A DNA stretch of 64,000 nucleotides from Clostridia bacterium (GTDB taxonomy: Bacteria > Bacillota > Clostridia > UBA1381 > UMGS1253), in assembly GCA_045537695.1 (NCBI GenBank), contig JAZSQB010000023.1, forward strand, positions 15,605 through 79,604, given 5' to 3'. The notes under the pieces are model-generated. The model worked only from the letters and a program-made list of their open reading frames with translations, was not told the DNA's origin and made no database searches. The position numbers were made by a program, and so were the translations under genes. Below are positions 38,614 to 47,387 of this stretch, one piece after another. Every line of letters begins with the position of its first letter. Within the stretch, counting starts at the first letter, position 1.

Positions 38614-39450
38614 CTATTCTTTGTCGCAACCGCATCCGCCACGACGCTCATCGTCACATTCCATATTCACCGGCGGGAAGAATTCATCGACCGGAAATTC
38701 AATTCTGTCAAAGAGCTCGCACGGATTTTCCTCCGTTGCAGCAACACATTCTTTGTCCGGCACGCAGAAGTCGTACGCCGGCATCAACAGCTGCACACTA
38801 CGTTCTAAGCGGATAATGGAGAACACGCCGATGGTGATAAGTACCTTTTTATCCGCACCGCCAAATACGAGAGAGGAATCAAAGATACCGCAAACATCAG
38901 CCGGCACCGTGCTTAAATCAATGTTGTCGCAGCAAGTGCAGCAGCATTCGCTTGGTTCAACCAGTTTTGCGCCGAGCGCAATTGGGTCTACCACCTCAAT
39001 GGCAACCTTTGGCATATTTGTCTTTTTCCAACTCTGTGCATCAAAGCAGTTGCCGGAATACTTGGTGCCGAACACCTTTGCACTGCCTTCACTACCGTAC
39101 AAAATTACCTTTTTGTCAAAGGTCGCAAGACCGGTAGCCTTGCACGGTTTTCCGCAGCCGTTGAATACATCCAGCGTAATTTTAAAGAAATACTTCAAAT
39201 CCACGCTGTAGTAACCGCGGTGGAACGGCACCGGCTCAACATCGGAATAAATCCAGATGACCTCTGCCTTGCGGATACGTACGTTAATGGCTTCGTTAAT
39301 CAACGCCTGCCCCTCCTGTGTTAAATAGACGCGCAAATCATTGATACAATCCTTATCCCTGCACTGGTCATAGATTTTGTCCGTATGTACGCATACAGCG
39401 TCGTCATAACCGTGATTATCGCAATCGTTAAACAATGTGTTTTCCTGCAT
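38614..39450 (-). CDS. cysteine-rich hypothetical protein (about 19 Cys; spore-coat-like composition)
   Basis: 278-aa ORF with an aggagg RBS 7 nt before the ATG. Contains CCCTCC and a C-terminal GGCGCD cluster. No family recognised. Confidence 0.7.
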   Translation of the reverse strand: MQENTLFNDCDNHGYDDAVCVHTDKIYDQCRDKDCINDLRVYLTQEGQALINEAINVRIRKAEVIWIYSDVEPVPFHRGYYSVDLKYFFKITLDVFNGCGKPCKATGLATFDKKVILYGSEGSAKVFGTKYSGNCFDAQSWKKTNMPKVAIEVVDPIALGAKLVEPSECCCTCCDNIDLSTVPADVCGIFDSSLVFGGADKKVLITIGVFSIIRLERSVQLLMPAYDFCVPDKECVAATEENPCELFDRIEFPVDEFFPPVNMECDDERRGGCGCDKE

Positions 39451-39539
39451 TTGAATACCTCCTATTTTGGTTTTCCCTATATTCTATGTCCGATTTTTCG
39501 TTTTGCTACAAAAATAGCAATATTTTTGCGGTTTTTGGG

Positions 39540-39568
39540 TTGCATTTTACTGTAAAACATGGTAATAT
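39540..39568 (+). promoter_or_regulatory. putative promoter of the SDR gene (TTGCAT-17-TGgTAATAT)
   Basis: Hexamers with a 17-nt spacer and an extended -10. Confidence 0.55.
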
Positions 39569-39603
39569 AGTACTGTAAATTTTAATGTTTGGAGGATTTT
39601 TCC

Positions 39604-40404
39604 ATGGATATTATGAATAGCTTTTCCTTAAAAGGTAAAGTAGCTATGGTTACCGGTGCTTCCTATGGTATCGGTTACGCAATTGCTTCTGCTTATGCAA
39701 AAGCAGGCGCGAAAATTGTGTTCAACGATATCAACCAGGAGCTCGTTGACAAAGGTCTGGCTGCATACAAGGCAGACGGTATCGAAGCTTACGGTTACGT
39801 TTGCGACGTTACAAATGAAGCACAGGTTACAGAGACAATCGCTAAGATTGAAAAGGAAGTCGGCGTTATCGACATTCTCGTAAACAACGCTGGCATTATC
39901 AAGCGCATCCCAATGTGCGAAATGAGTGCAGAAGATTTTAGAAAGGTTATCGATATTGACCTCAATGGTCCGTTCATTATGTCGAAGGCTGTAATTCCGT
40001 CCATGATCAAAAAGGGACACGGTAAAATCATCAACATCTGTTCGATGATGAGTGAGCTCGGCCGTGAAACTGTTTCTGCTTATGCAGCTGCAAAGGGCGG
40101 TTTGAAGATGCTTACCCGTAACATTTGTTCTGAATACGGCGAAGCAAACATTCAGTGCAATGGTATTGGACCTGGTTATATCGCTACCCCGCAGACTGCA
40201 CCGCTTCGCGAAAAGCAGCCGGATGGTTCCAGACATCCATTCGACCAGTTCATTATCGCAAAGACACCGGCAGCAAGATGGGGTACCCCTGAAGACCTGA
40301 TGGGTCCGGCAGTTTTCCTGGCATCCGATGCCTCCAACTTTGTAAACGGTCACATCCTTTATGTAGATGGCGGTATTCTGGCTTACATCGGCAAGCAGCC
40401 GTAA
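39604..40404 (+). CDS. short-chain dehydrogenase/reductase, gluconate 5-dehydrogenase / KduD-like
   Basis: TGASYGIG cofactor motif, NNAG, YAAAKGG catalytic Tyr/Lys. GGAGG RBS before ATG 39604. Confidence 0.85.
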   Translation: MDIMNSFSLKGKVAMVTGASYGIGYAIASAYAKAGAKIVFNDINQELVDKGLAAYKADGIEAYGYVCDVTNEAQVTETIAKIEKEVGVIDILVNNAGIIKRIPMCEMSAEDFRKVIDIDLNGPFIMSKAVIPSMIKKGHGKIINICSMMSELGRETVSAYAAAKGGLKMLTRNICSEYGEANIQCNGIGPGYIATPQTAPLREKQPDGSRHPFDQFIIAKTPAARWGTPEDLMGPAVFLASDASNFVNGHILYVDGGILAYIGKQP

Positions 40405-40433
40405 TTTAAGAATGTAAATTATGTCCCTAAAAT

Positions 40434-40469
40434 AAAAGAATGACCTCGCCCTCGCGAGGTCATTCTTTT
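40434..40469. terminator. strong bidirectional terminator
   Basis: 16-bp stem AAAAGAATGACCTCGC-CCTC-GCGAGGTCATTCTTTT. It serves the SDR gene (+) and the end of the OFOR operon (-). Confidence 0.85.
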
Positions 40470-40570
40470 ATTTTAAGCGTATTGTATCTTTTTTATAGAA
40501 TGCACGCCGTAGTATGTATGTTTTTCATCCATTGTACCACACCTTAACGTTTTTTTACATCCCATTTTAC

Positions 40571-41374
40571 TTAAAGTTTAAAAACTTTTTCAGCATTTAA
40601 ATGAAACAGTTTTTCATAAAACACATCTGAAAACTTCATGGACTTTAAAATTTTAAGTTCATCCGCAGCTGACCACATTGGATAGTCAGATGCAAACAAA
40701 ATCTTATCTTCTCCCCAACCCTCAAAAAGCTTCTTTACCATTGCAGTATCTTTAGCAAAGCCAAGCGTTGAGGAAGAATCTACATATAAGTTTTCAAATG
40801 CAGACAACTTGGAAAGCGCTTCGTTCCAAACGGACCAGCCGGCAAAATGCGCACCGATAACTGTCAACTTCGGAAATGTTTTTAGCACATTCAAAAGTCT
40901 GTCCGGATTGGAATAATCATAGCGGTAATCGCCTGTATGAATCAACACTGGCAAACCAAGCGCCTGACATCTTTCATAAAACGGCATACATCGCTCATCG
41001 TCAAGTGCAAATCCTTGAATATCCGGATGCATTTTAATACCGCGCAAACTAAGATTTGCCACAGCGTCTACATCTGCACGGATATCCTCACTGTCAGGAT
41101 GCATACTGCCAAGTCCAATCAGCACATCAGGATGTTCTTTTGCTTCATTTGCTATAAAATGATTAATACTGGCAACCTGATGCGGCGTTGTAGCAACGCT
41201 TTGTACCAAAAATTTGCTTATGCCTGCTTTTTTCCCTGAATCGAGTAATTGCTTTACTGAACCGTCAAACGCAGAATGTACATCATAGAACTTATCCGTA
41301 TGTTCTGTTGCTTTTTTAGCAATTTTTACCGGATAAATATGACAATGCGCATCAATGATATAGTGTTTTTTCAT
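40571..41374 (-). CDS. amidohydrolase_2-type metal-dependent TIM-barrel hydrolase
   Basis: IIDAHCHIYP..., HTGD, ASDYPMW. Last gene of the T-box-1 operon. Confidence 0.8.
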   Translation of the reverse strand: MKKHYIIDAHCHIYPVKIAKKATEHTDKFYDVHSAFDGSVKQLLDSGKKAGISKFLVQSVATTPHQVASINHFIANEAKEHPDVLIGLGSMHPDSEDIRADVDAVANLSLRGIKMHPDIQGFALDDERCMPFYERCQALGLPVLIHTGDYRYDYSNPDRLLNVLKTFPKLTVIGAHFAGWSVWNEALSKLSAFENLYVDSSSTLGFAKDTAMVKKLFEGWGEDKILFASDYPMWSAADELKILKSMKFSDVFYEKLFHLNAEKVFKL

Positions 41375-41392
41375 TCGTGTCACTTACCTGAA

Positions 41393-41926
41393 TTAATAGT
41401 TTTTACCGAGCTCTAAAGCACCGACATTGACTTCAAGCATATCCGCACGCTTAGCGGATACAACCTTGCCAAGAGTAGCTCTGATAGAATTTTCATCATA
41501 CATGCCGAGTGTCTCTAAAAGCTTACCGGTCATAATCATATTTGCAAGAGTATCAATCTTGTTTTCAGAAGCAAGCTTTGTTGCCGGAATATAAACAACA
41601 TTTACATCCGTACGCTTTACCTTGCGTTCAATCAAAGAAGATTCAACAAAAATCGTACCGCCCGGTACAACAGTATCTTCATACTTATCTAAAGACGGCA
41701 GATTCATTGCAACTAATACATCCGGCTTAGAAACGATCGGAGAACCTACCGGCATATCGCTGATAATAACGCTACAGCTTGCAGTACCACCGCGCATTTC
41801 CGGACCGTAGGACGGAAGCCAGCTTACGTTTTTATCTTCCATAAGACCTTTATATGCCAGGAATTTACCGGAGAACAAGATACCCTGTCCGCCGAAACCG
41901 GCAATCAAAATCTGTGTAGTACTCAT
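41393..41926 (-). CDS. 2-oxoacid:ferredoxin oxidoreductase, gamma subunit
   Basis: [17 protein letters not shown]...SYGPEMRGG. Confidence 0.88.
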   Translation of the reverse strand: MSTTQILIAGFGGQGILFSGKFLAYKGLMEDKNVSWLPSYGPEMRGGTASCSVIISDMPVGSPIVSKPDVLVAMNLPSLDKYEDTVVPGGTIFVESSLIERKVKRTDVNVVYIPATKLASENKIDTLANMIMTGKLLETLGMYDENSIRATLGKVVSAKRADMLEVNVGALELGKNY

Positions 41927-41943
41927 AATCTTGCTCCCTCCCC

Positions 41944-42699
41944 TTATTTCTCTTCGTTTGCCGCACTTCTGTCTTTGTATACACCAAGCGGATAGTACGG
42001 AATCATCTTTTCATCCACCCATTCGAGTGCCTTCTGCGGAGTCATACCCCAGTTGGTCGGACATGTGGAAACAACTTCGATTAGAGAAAAGCCCTTGTTG
42101 TTTAACTGATTTTCAAATGCCTTCTTAATGGCTTTCTTTGCTTTTCTAACGTTTGCAACATTGTTTACGGCAACTCTTTCAAGATATTCCGGACCGTCGA
42201 GCTTGGAAAGCATCTCGCAAACCTTTACCGGATAACCGCAAGCTTCAACATCACGGCCGTACGGCGAAGTCTGTGTTACCTGACCCGGCAAGGATGTCGG
42301 TGCCATCTGACCGCCTGTCATACCGTAAATTGCGTTGTTTATAAAGATAATTGTGATATTTTCATTTCTTGCTGCGGAATGTACAGTTTCAGCCATACCG
42401 ATGGAAGCGAGGTCACCGTCACCCTGGTATGTAAATACCACATGTTCTTCCGGATTTGCACGCTTCAAGCCGGTAGCAACCGCCGGTGCACGACCGTGCG
42501 CTGCTTCAACCATATCGCAGTTAAAATAGTTGTATGCCATTACGGAGCAGCCAACCGGTGCTACGCCGATTGTTCTACCCTCAATGCCTAATTCATCAAT
42601 AACTTCAGCAACCAAACGGTGCACAATGCCGTGGGTACAACCCGGGCAATAATGCAGAGGTACATCTGCCAAAGCTTCAGGTTTCTTAAATACTACCAT
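41944..42699 (-). CDS. 2-oxoacid:ferredoxin oxidoreductase, beta (TPP-binding) subunit
   Basis: YCPGCTHG, GDGDLASIG and NNAIYGMTGGQ TPP motifs. Confidence 0.9.
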   Translation of the reverse strand: MVVFKKPEALADVPLHYCPGCTHGIVHRLVAEVIDELGIEGRTIGVAPVGCSVMAYNYFNCDMVEAAHGRAPAVATGLKRANPEEHVVFTYQGDGDLASIGMAETVHSAARNENITIIFINNAIYGMTGGQMAPTSLPGQVTQTSPYGRDVEACGYPVKVCEMLSKLDGPEYLERVAVNNVANVRKAKKAIKKAFENQLNNKGFSLIEVVSTCPTNWGMTPQKALEWVDEKMIPYYPLGVYKDRSAANEEK

Positions 42700-43775
42700 T
42701 ATTTCGCACCTCCGTTTTCGCTAACTTCCTTAATTTTTGCCAATACCTGTTCCGGCGTAACAATCATGCCGCCGACTCTGTTGCAGAGGTGTACCGGCTT
42801 TTTAAACTGTGTTGCAATCTGAACATCTTCAATCATCTGGCCCATAGAAAGTTCAACCGAAATAAAGGATTTTACCTTATCAGCAGCTGCTAAAAGCGGC
42901 TTTTTCGGGAACGGCCAAAGTGTAATTGGGCGGATTAAACCAACCTTAATGCCCTGCTTTCTTGCTTCAACAATTGCATTTTTGGATACACGCGCTGCAA
43001 TACCGAAAGCAACGATGCAGTATTCAGCATCATCCATCATGTATTCTTCATACATAACTTCGTTTTCTTCGATCTGCTTATAACGCTCATATCTTGCAAT
43101 ATTGAGCTGTTCGAGTTCTTCTGGAACGAGAGAAAGCGAGTTGATAATGTTGTGTTTTCTGCCCTTCTTTGTACCGGTTACTGCCCACGGCTTTTCAATC
43201 GGATCGGACGGCTTGATATCCAAGGATACCGGCTCCATCATCTGACCCATAGTACCGTCAGCCAAAATCATTGCAGTCATACGGTACTTATCTGCTAAAT
43301 CAAAGCCCTTGACTGTCATATCCGCCATTTCCTGTACGGAAGCCGGCGCCAGAACGATCATACGGAAGTCACCGTGACCTGCGCCGCGTGTTGCCTGGAA
43401 ATAGTCAGACTGGGACGGCTGAATACCACCAAGTCCAGGACCGCCGCGCTGTACGTTAACAACTAAGGACGGCAAGTCAGAACCTGCCAGATACGAAAGA
43501 CCTTCAGCCTTTAAAGAAATACCCGGGCTGGAGGAAGAGGTCATAACACGCATACCGGTCGATGCTACACCGTATACCATGTTAATTGCAGCAACTTCAC
43601 TCTCTGCCTGTAAAAATGTACCGCCGATTTTCGGCATTCTCTTTGCCATGTAAGCAGCAATTTCTGTCTGCGGCGTAATCGGATAACCGAAATAAAAACG
43701 GCAACCCGCCATAATCGCAGCTTCTGCGATTGCTTCATTACCTTTCATCAATGCTTTATCTGCCATTTTGCTCAC
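42699..43775 (-). CDS. 2-oxoacid:ferredoxin oxidoreductase, alpha subunit (VorB/KorA-like)
   Basis: KGNEAIAEAAIMAGCRFYFGYPITPQTEI. Stop/start overlap with the beta subunit. Confidence 0.9.
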   Translation of the reverse strand: MSKMADKALMKGNEAIAEAAIMAGCRFYFGYPITPQTEIAAYMAKRMPKIGGTFLQAESEVAAINMVYGVASTGMRVMTSSSSPGISLKAEGLSYLAGSDLPSLVVNVQRGGPGLGGIQPSQSDYFQATRGAGHGDFRMIVLAPASVQEMADMTVKGFDLADKYRMTAMILADGTMGQMMEPVSLDIKPSDPIEKPWAVTGTKKGRKHNIINSLSLVPEELEQLNIARYERYKQIEENEVMYEEYMMDDAEYCIVAFGIAARVSKNAIVEARKQGIKVGLIRPITLWPFPKKPLLAAADKVKSFISVELSMGQMIEDVQIATQFKKPVHLCNRVGGMIVTPEQVLAKIKEVSENGGAK

Positions 43776-43982
43776 TCACCTTTCTACCGTAATAATGCAA
43801 TCCGGACACATAATTGCACAGGATGCACAGCCTACACAGGCATCCATGTTCACCGCTTCAACCGGATGATGTCCTTTTGCGTTGATTTTGTCTTTAGAAA
43901 TCGCCAAAACCTCTTTCGGGCAAGCGTTTACACAAAGTCCGCAGCCCTTACAAAGATCAGTTCTGAAACTTAATTTTGCCAT
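43776..43982 (-). CDS. 2-oxoacid:ferredoxin oxidoreductase, delta subunit (2x[4Fe-4S] ferredoxin)
   Basis: 68 aa with [12 protein letters not shown] and [12 protein letters not shown]. Confidence 0.85.
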   Translation of the reverse strand: MAKLSFRTDLCKGCGLCVNACPKEVLAISKDKINAKGHHPVEAVNMDACVGCASCAIMCPDCIITVER

Positions 43983-44011
43983 TATAGCTACCTCCCCAAG
44001 ATTGTGTTTAT

Positions 44012-44680
44012 TTAAATAATTTTATCTTGTAAATCCAGTGCAAATAGATTGTCAATCTTGTCTGCAAGTGCATCATAGAGCGATGCTTTTACGGTTGTCA
44101 ATTTTACCGGAATACCGCACACTTTAGAAATTTCTTCTACAAAAGGTATGGATTCAAGCACCTGCTCCGGCGTTGTTTCCTCCCCTAAATTTGAATTGTT
44201 AATGATTGCCGTAAAAGGTATCTTTGAAGCCGTTTCAATCTCACGAATAACCTCTAACATGTCCTCTAAATTTCTTGTAAGCGGTCGGTATGCATTAACA
44301 ACCAAAAACATTTCATAGTTGTTTTCTTCTTTAATTGCATCCGAAAGTCTGCCGAGTGCAAGTGCGCCGCGATCATCACCGCCAATGTCTACAATCGCAT
44401 AGCAATCACGTTTTTCTATTATGCGATACATTTCCTGCGGCAGCGCCGGAATGTCTACATTGGAATTTGCATACGGTGAACAAATCAGCTCTATTCCCGC
44501 TGCATCTAATTCTTTTTGACTGTCTTTTGTGCGGAAGTACGGGTTGACAATATCAATATCGGCAATCAATACATCCTCACCCCTGCGCTTTAAATCAAAT
44601 GCAAGATTCACGGCGATATTGGTTTTGCCACTGCCGTAATGTCCCGACAAAAGAAGTACACGCTTATCTGACATTGTCAT
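44012..44680 (-). CDS. MinD/ParA/CooC-like P-loop ATPase
   Basis: Deviant Walker [14 protein letters not shown] and Walker B IADID. 222 aa, lying 6 nt after the synthetase stop. Confidence 0.7.
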   Translation of the reverse strand: MTMSDKRVLLLSGHYGSGKTNIAVNLAFDLKRRGEDVLIADIDIVNPYFRTKDSQKELDAAGIELICSPYANSNVDIPALPQEMYRIIEKRDCYAIVDIGGDDRGALALGRLSDAIKEENNYEMFLVVNAYRPLTRNLEDMLEVIREIETASKIPFTAIINNSNLGEETTPEQVLESIPFVEEISKVCGIPVKLTTVKASLYDALADKIDNLFALDLQDKII

Positions 44681-44686
44681 CCCCCA

Positions 44687-46993
44687 TTAAAGCTTATTTC
44701 TCTGAATCTTACCGCTGACGGTCTTCGGCAGACTGTCGCGGAATACAACAATTCGCGGATACTTATACGGCGCTGTTCTTTCCTTGACATAATTCTGAAT
44801 TTCTTTCTTCAGCTCATCCGTGCCTTCTTTGCCGTTTACAAGCACGATGCTTGCTTTGACAACCTGACCTCTTACCTCGTCCGGTTCAGCAGATACACCA
44901 CATTCCAGCACGTACGGAAGCTCCATAATAACACTTTCAATTTCAAATGGTCCGATGCGGTAGCCGGAGGACTTAATAACGTCATCCACGCGACCTACGT
45001 ACCAGTAGAAACCGTCTTCATCCATCCATGCAGTATCACCGGTATGGTAATAGCCGTCATGCATAACTTCTGCAGTTTTCTCTGCATCGCCGTGATAGCC
45101 GACAAATAGACCGCAAGGCATGCCGTCCTCAATACGGATTACAATCTCGCCTGTTTCGCCGACAGCAACATCGTTGCCTTCTGCATCAACTAACTTTACA
45201 TCATATATCGGACTCGGTTTACCCATGGAACCGATTTTGTGGTCAGCACCGTAAAGGTTGCCGATAATCATTGTGCTTTCACTCTGACCGAAGCCTTCCA
45301 GAATCTGAAGACCCGTTACCTTCTCAAATTGGCGGTAAACCTCCGGATTGAGCGCCTCGCCTGCTGTTGTCATATGTTCTACTGAGGATAAATCGTATTT
45401 AGAAATATCCTGCTTTATAAGCATACGCAGCATTGTCGGCGGTGCGCAGAAGGTTGTAATGTGATGCTTTGCAAACATCGGCAGGATTTCTGCCGCGTCA
45501 AAGCGGTCAAAGTCGTACACAAACGTTGCGGCTTCGCAGAGCCATTGGCCGTAGAGTTTACCCCACATGGACTTCGCCCAGCCGGTATCGGAAATGGTAA
45601 AGTGTAATCCTTCCGGATTTACACAATGCCAGTACTTCGCTGTATGGAAATGACCGAGCGGATATTTGTAGTTATGCGCCGCAAGTTTCGGGTAACCGGA
45701 TGTGCCGGATGTGAAGAACATCAGCATCAAATCATCACCACAAGGTGCATCTTCGGCTCTCTCAAAGTGCGTACTATACATCATATATTCATCGTTAAAA
45801 TCTCTCCAGCCGTCACGCACGCCGCCAACTATAATTTTGTTGACGAGCTGAGGACACTTATCAGCAACTAAATCAATCTGATGCGCAGTGTCACCATCTG
45901 CAGTACAAATAACCGTTTTGATGTTCGCTGCATTAAATCTGTACTCAAAATCATGCTCCTGCAGCTGATTTGTTGCCGGAATTGCAATTGCACCGAGCTT
46001 GTTAAGTGCCATCATCGCAAACCAGAACTGATAGTGACGCTTGAGTACAAGCATTACGGTATCGCCACGTTTGATACCGATAGCTTTAAAGTAGTTCGCG
46101 CATCTGTTCGACGCTTTACTGATATCAGAAAAGGTAAATCTTCTCTCTGTCTTTTCCCTGTCAATATGCAACATCGCAAGCTTATCCGGCTTTGTTCTAG
46201 CAAGCTCATCTACAACATCGAAAGCAAAGTTGAACTTCTCTGTGTTTTTAAATGTAATGGAAGTAGGTGTACCGGCTTCGTTTTTTACAACATCTACATA
46301 CTTGTTATATACGCGTTTTGTTTTGCGGATTTCCGGGTTTTCCATCGAAGCGGACTTCTTATGCGTTTCCGGCTCTTTCTTCGGCTGGAGTTCCGGAATC
46401 GGCTCCCCTGTCGGGTTAAGTACAATCGCGTAGAACAAGCAATCCTGACCGTCTACGGCAATCATACCGTGCGGCGTGGAAGAATCGTAGTATATGCTGT
46501 CTCCCGGGCCTAAGACAACGCTGTGGCTGCCTACTTGAACCTTTAAATGTCCCTGGATAATAATATCGCATTCCTGACCGTTATGGGTTGTCAGTTCAAT
46601 ATCACGTCTCTCTGCCTCCGGGTCATACTCGCTCTTTACATAAAGCGGCTCGGCAATTCTGTTTTTAAATGCAGATGCTAAATTGTAGTATACCATGCCG
46701 TGTGCCTGCTCAATCTTCTGACCGCCGCCGGCACGTGTTACCGTATAAGATTTCAGTTTTGGGCTGGAACCTTCAATAATATCGGTGACATCGACATTAA
46801 ATGCTAGCGCGCAACGGTAAATAAAAGCAAAGTTTAAATCGCTTTCCCCATTTTCACAGCGCAGATATTCTTCGACAGAAACATCCGTCTTTTGTGCCAT
46901 ATCATCGACAGATAAGCCAATAATTTCGCGCAGCTCGCGGATTCTGCCTGCCATTTCTTTAATTTTGAAGTCAAGTCCTGTAATTTGTTTCAT
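44687..46993 (-). CDS. fusion protein: XRE-type HTH + cupin + AMP-forming acyl-CoA synthetase (paralog 1)
   Basis: 768 aa from MKQITG (AGGAGG RBS). HTH RIRELREIIGLSVDDMAQKTDVSVEEYLRCENG. Cupin region HNGQECDIIIQGHLKVQVG...PHGM. ANL motifs FTSGTSGYPK, GFGQSE, YHTGD, GRVDDVIKSSGYRIGPFEIE and PKTVSGKIQR. Confidence 0.88.
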   Translation of the reverse strand: MKQITGLDFKIKEMAGRIRELREIIGLSVDDMAQKTDVSVEEYLRCENGESDLNFAFIYRCALAFNVDVTDIIEGSSPKLKSYTVTRAGGGQKIEQAHGMVYYNLASAFKNRIAEPLYVKSEYDPEAERRDIELTTHNGQECDIIIQGHLKVQVGSHSVVLGPGDSIYYDSSTPHGMIAVDGQDCLFYAIVLNPTGEPIPELQPKKEPETHKKSASMENPEIRKTKRVYNKYVDVVKNEAGTPTSITFKNTEKFNFAFDVVDELARTKPDKLAMLHIDREKTERRFTFSDISKASNRCANYFKAIGIKRGDTVMLVLKRHYQFWFAMMALNKLGAIAIPATNQLQEHDFEYRFNAANIKTVICTADGDTAHQIDLVADKCPQLVNKIIVGGVRDGWRDFNDEYMMYSTHFERAEDAPCGDDLMLMFFTSGTSGYPKLAAHNYKYPLGHFHTAKYWHCVNPEGLHFTISDTGWAKSMWGKLYGQWLCEAATFVYDFDRFDAAEILPMFAKHHITTFCAPPTMLRMLIKQDISKYDLSSVEHMTTAGEALNPEVYRQFEKVTGLQILEGFGQSESTMIIGNLYGADHKIGSMGKPSPIYDVKLVDAEGNDVAVGETGEIVIRIEDGMPCGLFVGYHGDAEKTAEVMHDGYYHTGDTAWMDEDGFYWYVGRVDDVIKSSGYRIGPFEIESVIMELPYVLECGVSAEPDEVRGQVVKASIVLVNGKEGTDELKKEIQNYVKERTAPYKYPRIVVFRDSLPKTVSGKIQRNKL

Positions 46994-47036
46994 GATTTGC
47001 CTCCTGTTTGGGGGTATTTCTTTTAGGAACGTTACA

Positions 47037-47320
47037 TAAAAATCGCCCGTCCCAAGCTGATTGAACTTGGGACGAGCGTTGCATATACTGCCTACCCGCG
47101 GTACCACCCAAATTGCAACGCAAATTTGCGTTACCACTCATCGGAATCTAACAATTCCTGCGCCATTACGTTGCGCTGACGGGAAGGTTCTACTTGCATG
47201 CGCTTTCTTCCTTCCAGCTCTGAAGCTACAGCCATTCAAGTCGGATTTCGACGGCTCGCACCAAACGCCGCTTCTCTGAGTCTTCCTTCTTGACGCACTC
47301 TTCGTCAATGCCTTTATTTA
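47037..47320 (-). promoter_or_regulatory. T-box riboswitch leader 1 (controls 44687-46993 and downstream operon)
   Basis: Minus strand shows Stem I with GACGAAG, an AGAGA bulge, a distal GGUGCGA loop and an AGUAGA box. The T-box 5'-AAUUUGGGUGGUACCGCG-3' lies at plus 47097-47114. The terminator CGUCCCAAG-N9-CUUGGGACG plus U-run lies right before the RBS. Confidence 0.9.
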
Positions 47321-47323
47321 AAC

Positions 47324-47352
47324 ATTATAGTACATTCTATGTTGAAAGTCAA
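47324..47352 (-). promoter_or_regulatory. promoter of T-box leader 1 (TTGACT-17-TATAAT)
   Basis: Hexamers on the minus strand with a 17-nt spacer, 35 nt after the stop of paralog 2. Confidence 0.7.
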
Positions 47353-47387
47353 CTGTTTTTTTGCGAATTTAAGCCATTTTTCGCATT

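Noticed and set aside
38603-39211. 202-aa plus-strand ORF overlapping the Cys-rich gene.
   Set aside because: The minus-strand frame is longer and has an AGGAGG RBS and flanking terminators. The plus-strand frame has no RBS and starts inside the bidirectional terminator.
39628-40353. 241-aa minus-strand ORF inside the SDR gene.
   Set aside because: It lies antisense to a canonical SDR (TGxxxGIG, YxxxK). Its sequence is Cys/Arg-rich.
46994-47137. 48-codon N-terminal extension of the 816-aa ORF-track model for paralog 1. A similar 6-codon extension applies to paralog 2 (49659-49676).
   Set aside because: The extension runs through the T-box terminator hairpin and U-run. A strong AGGAGG RBS precedes the internal ATG at 46993, and the homologous HTH begins there in both paralogs.
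47232-47234. UGG (Trp) as the specifier of T-box leader 1, paired with UAC (Tyr) at the same loop position in leader 2. This would imply an indoleacetate / hydroxyphenylacetate salvage route.
   Set aside because: The triplet lies at the top of the loop, not next to the lower helix where specifiers normally sit. The antiterminator bulge UGGU predicts discriminator A73, whereas bacterial tRNA-Trp normally has G73. The downstream oxidoreductase is the four-subunit Vor/Kor type rather than the two-subunit indolepyruvate type. I kept this as an alternative in the finding, not as the call.
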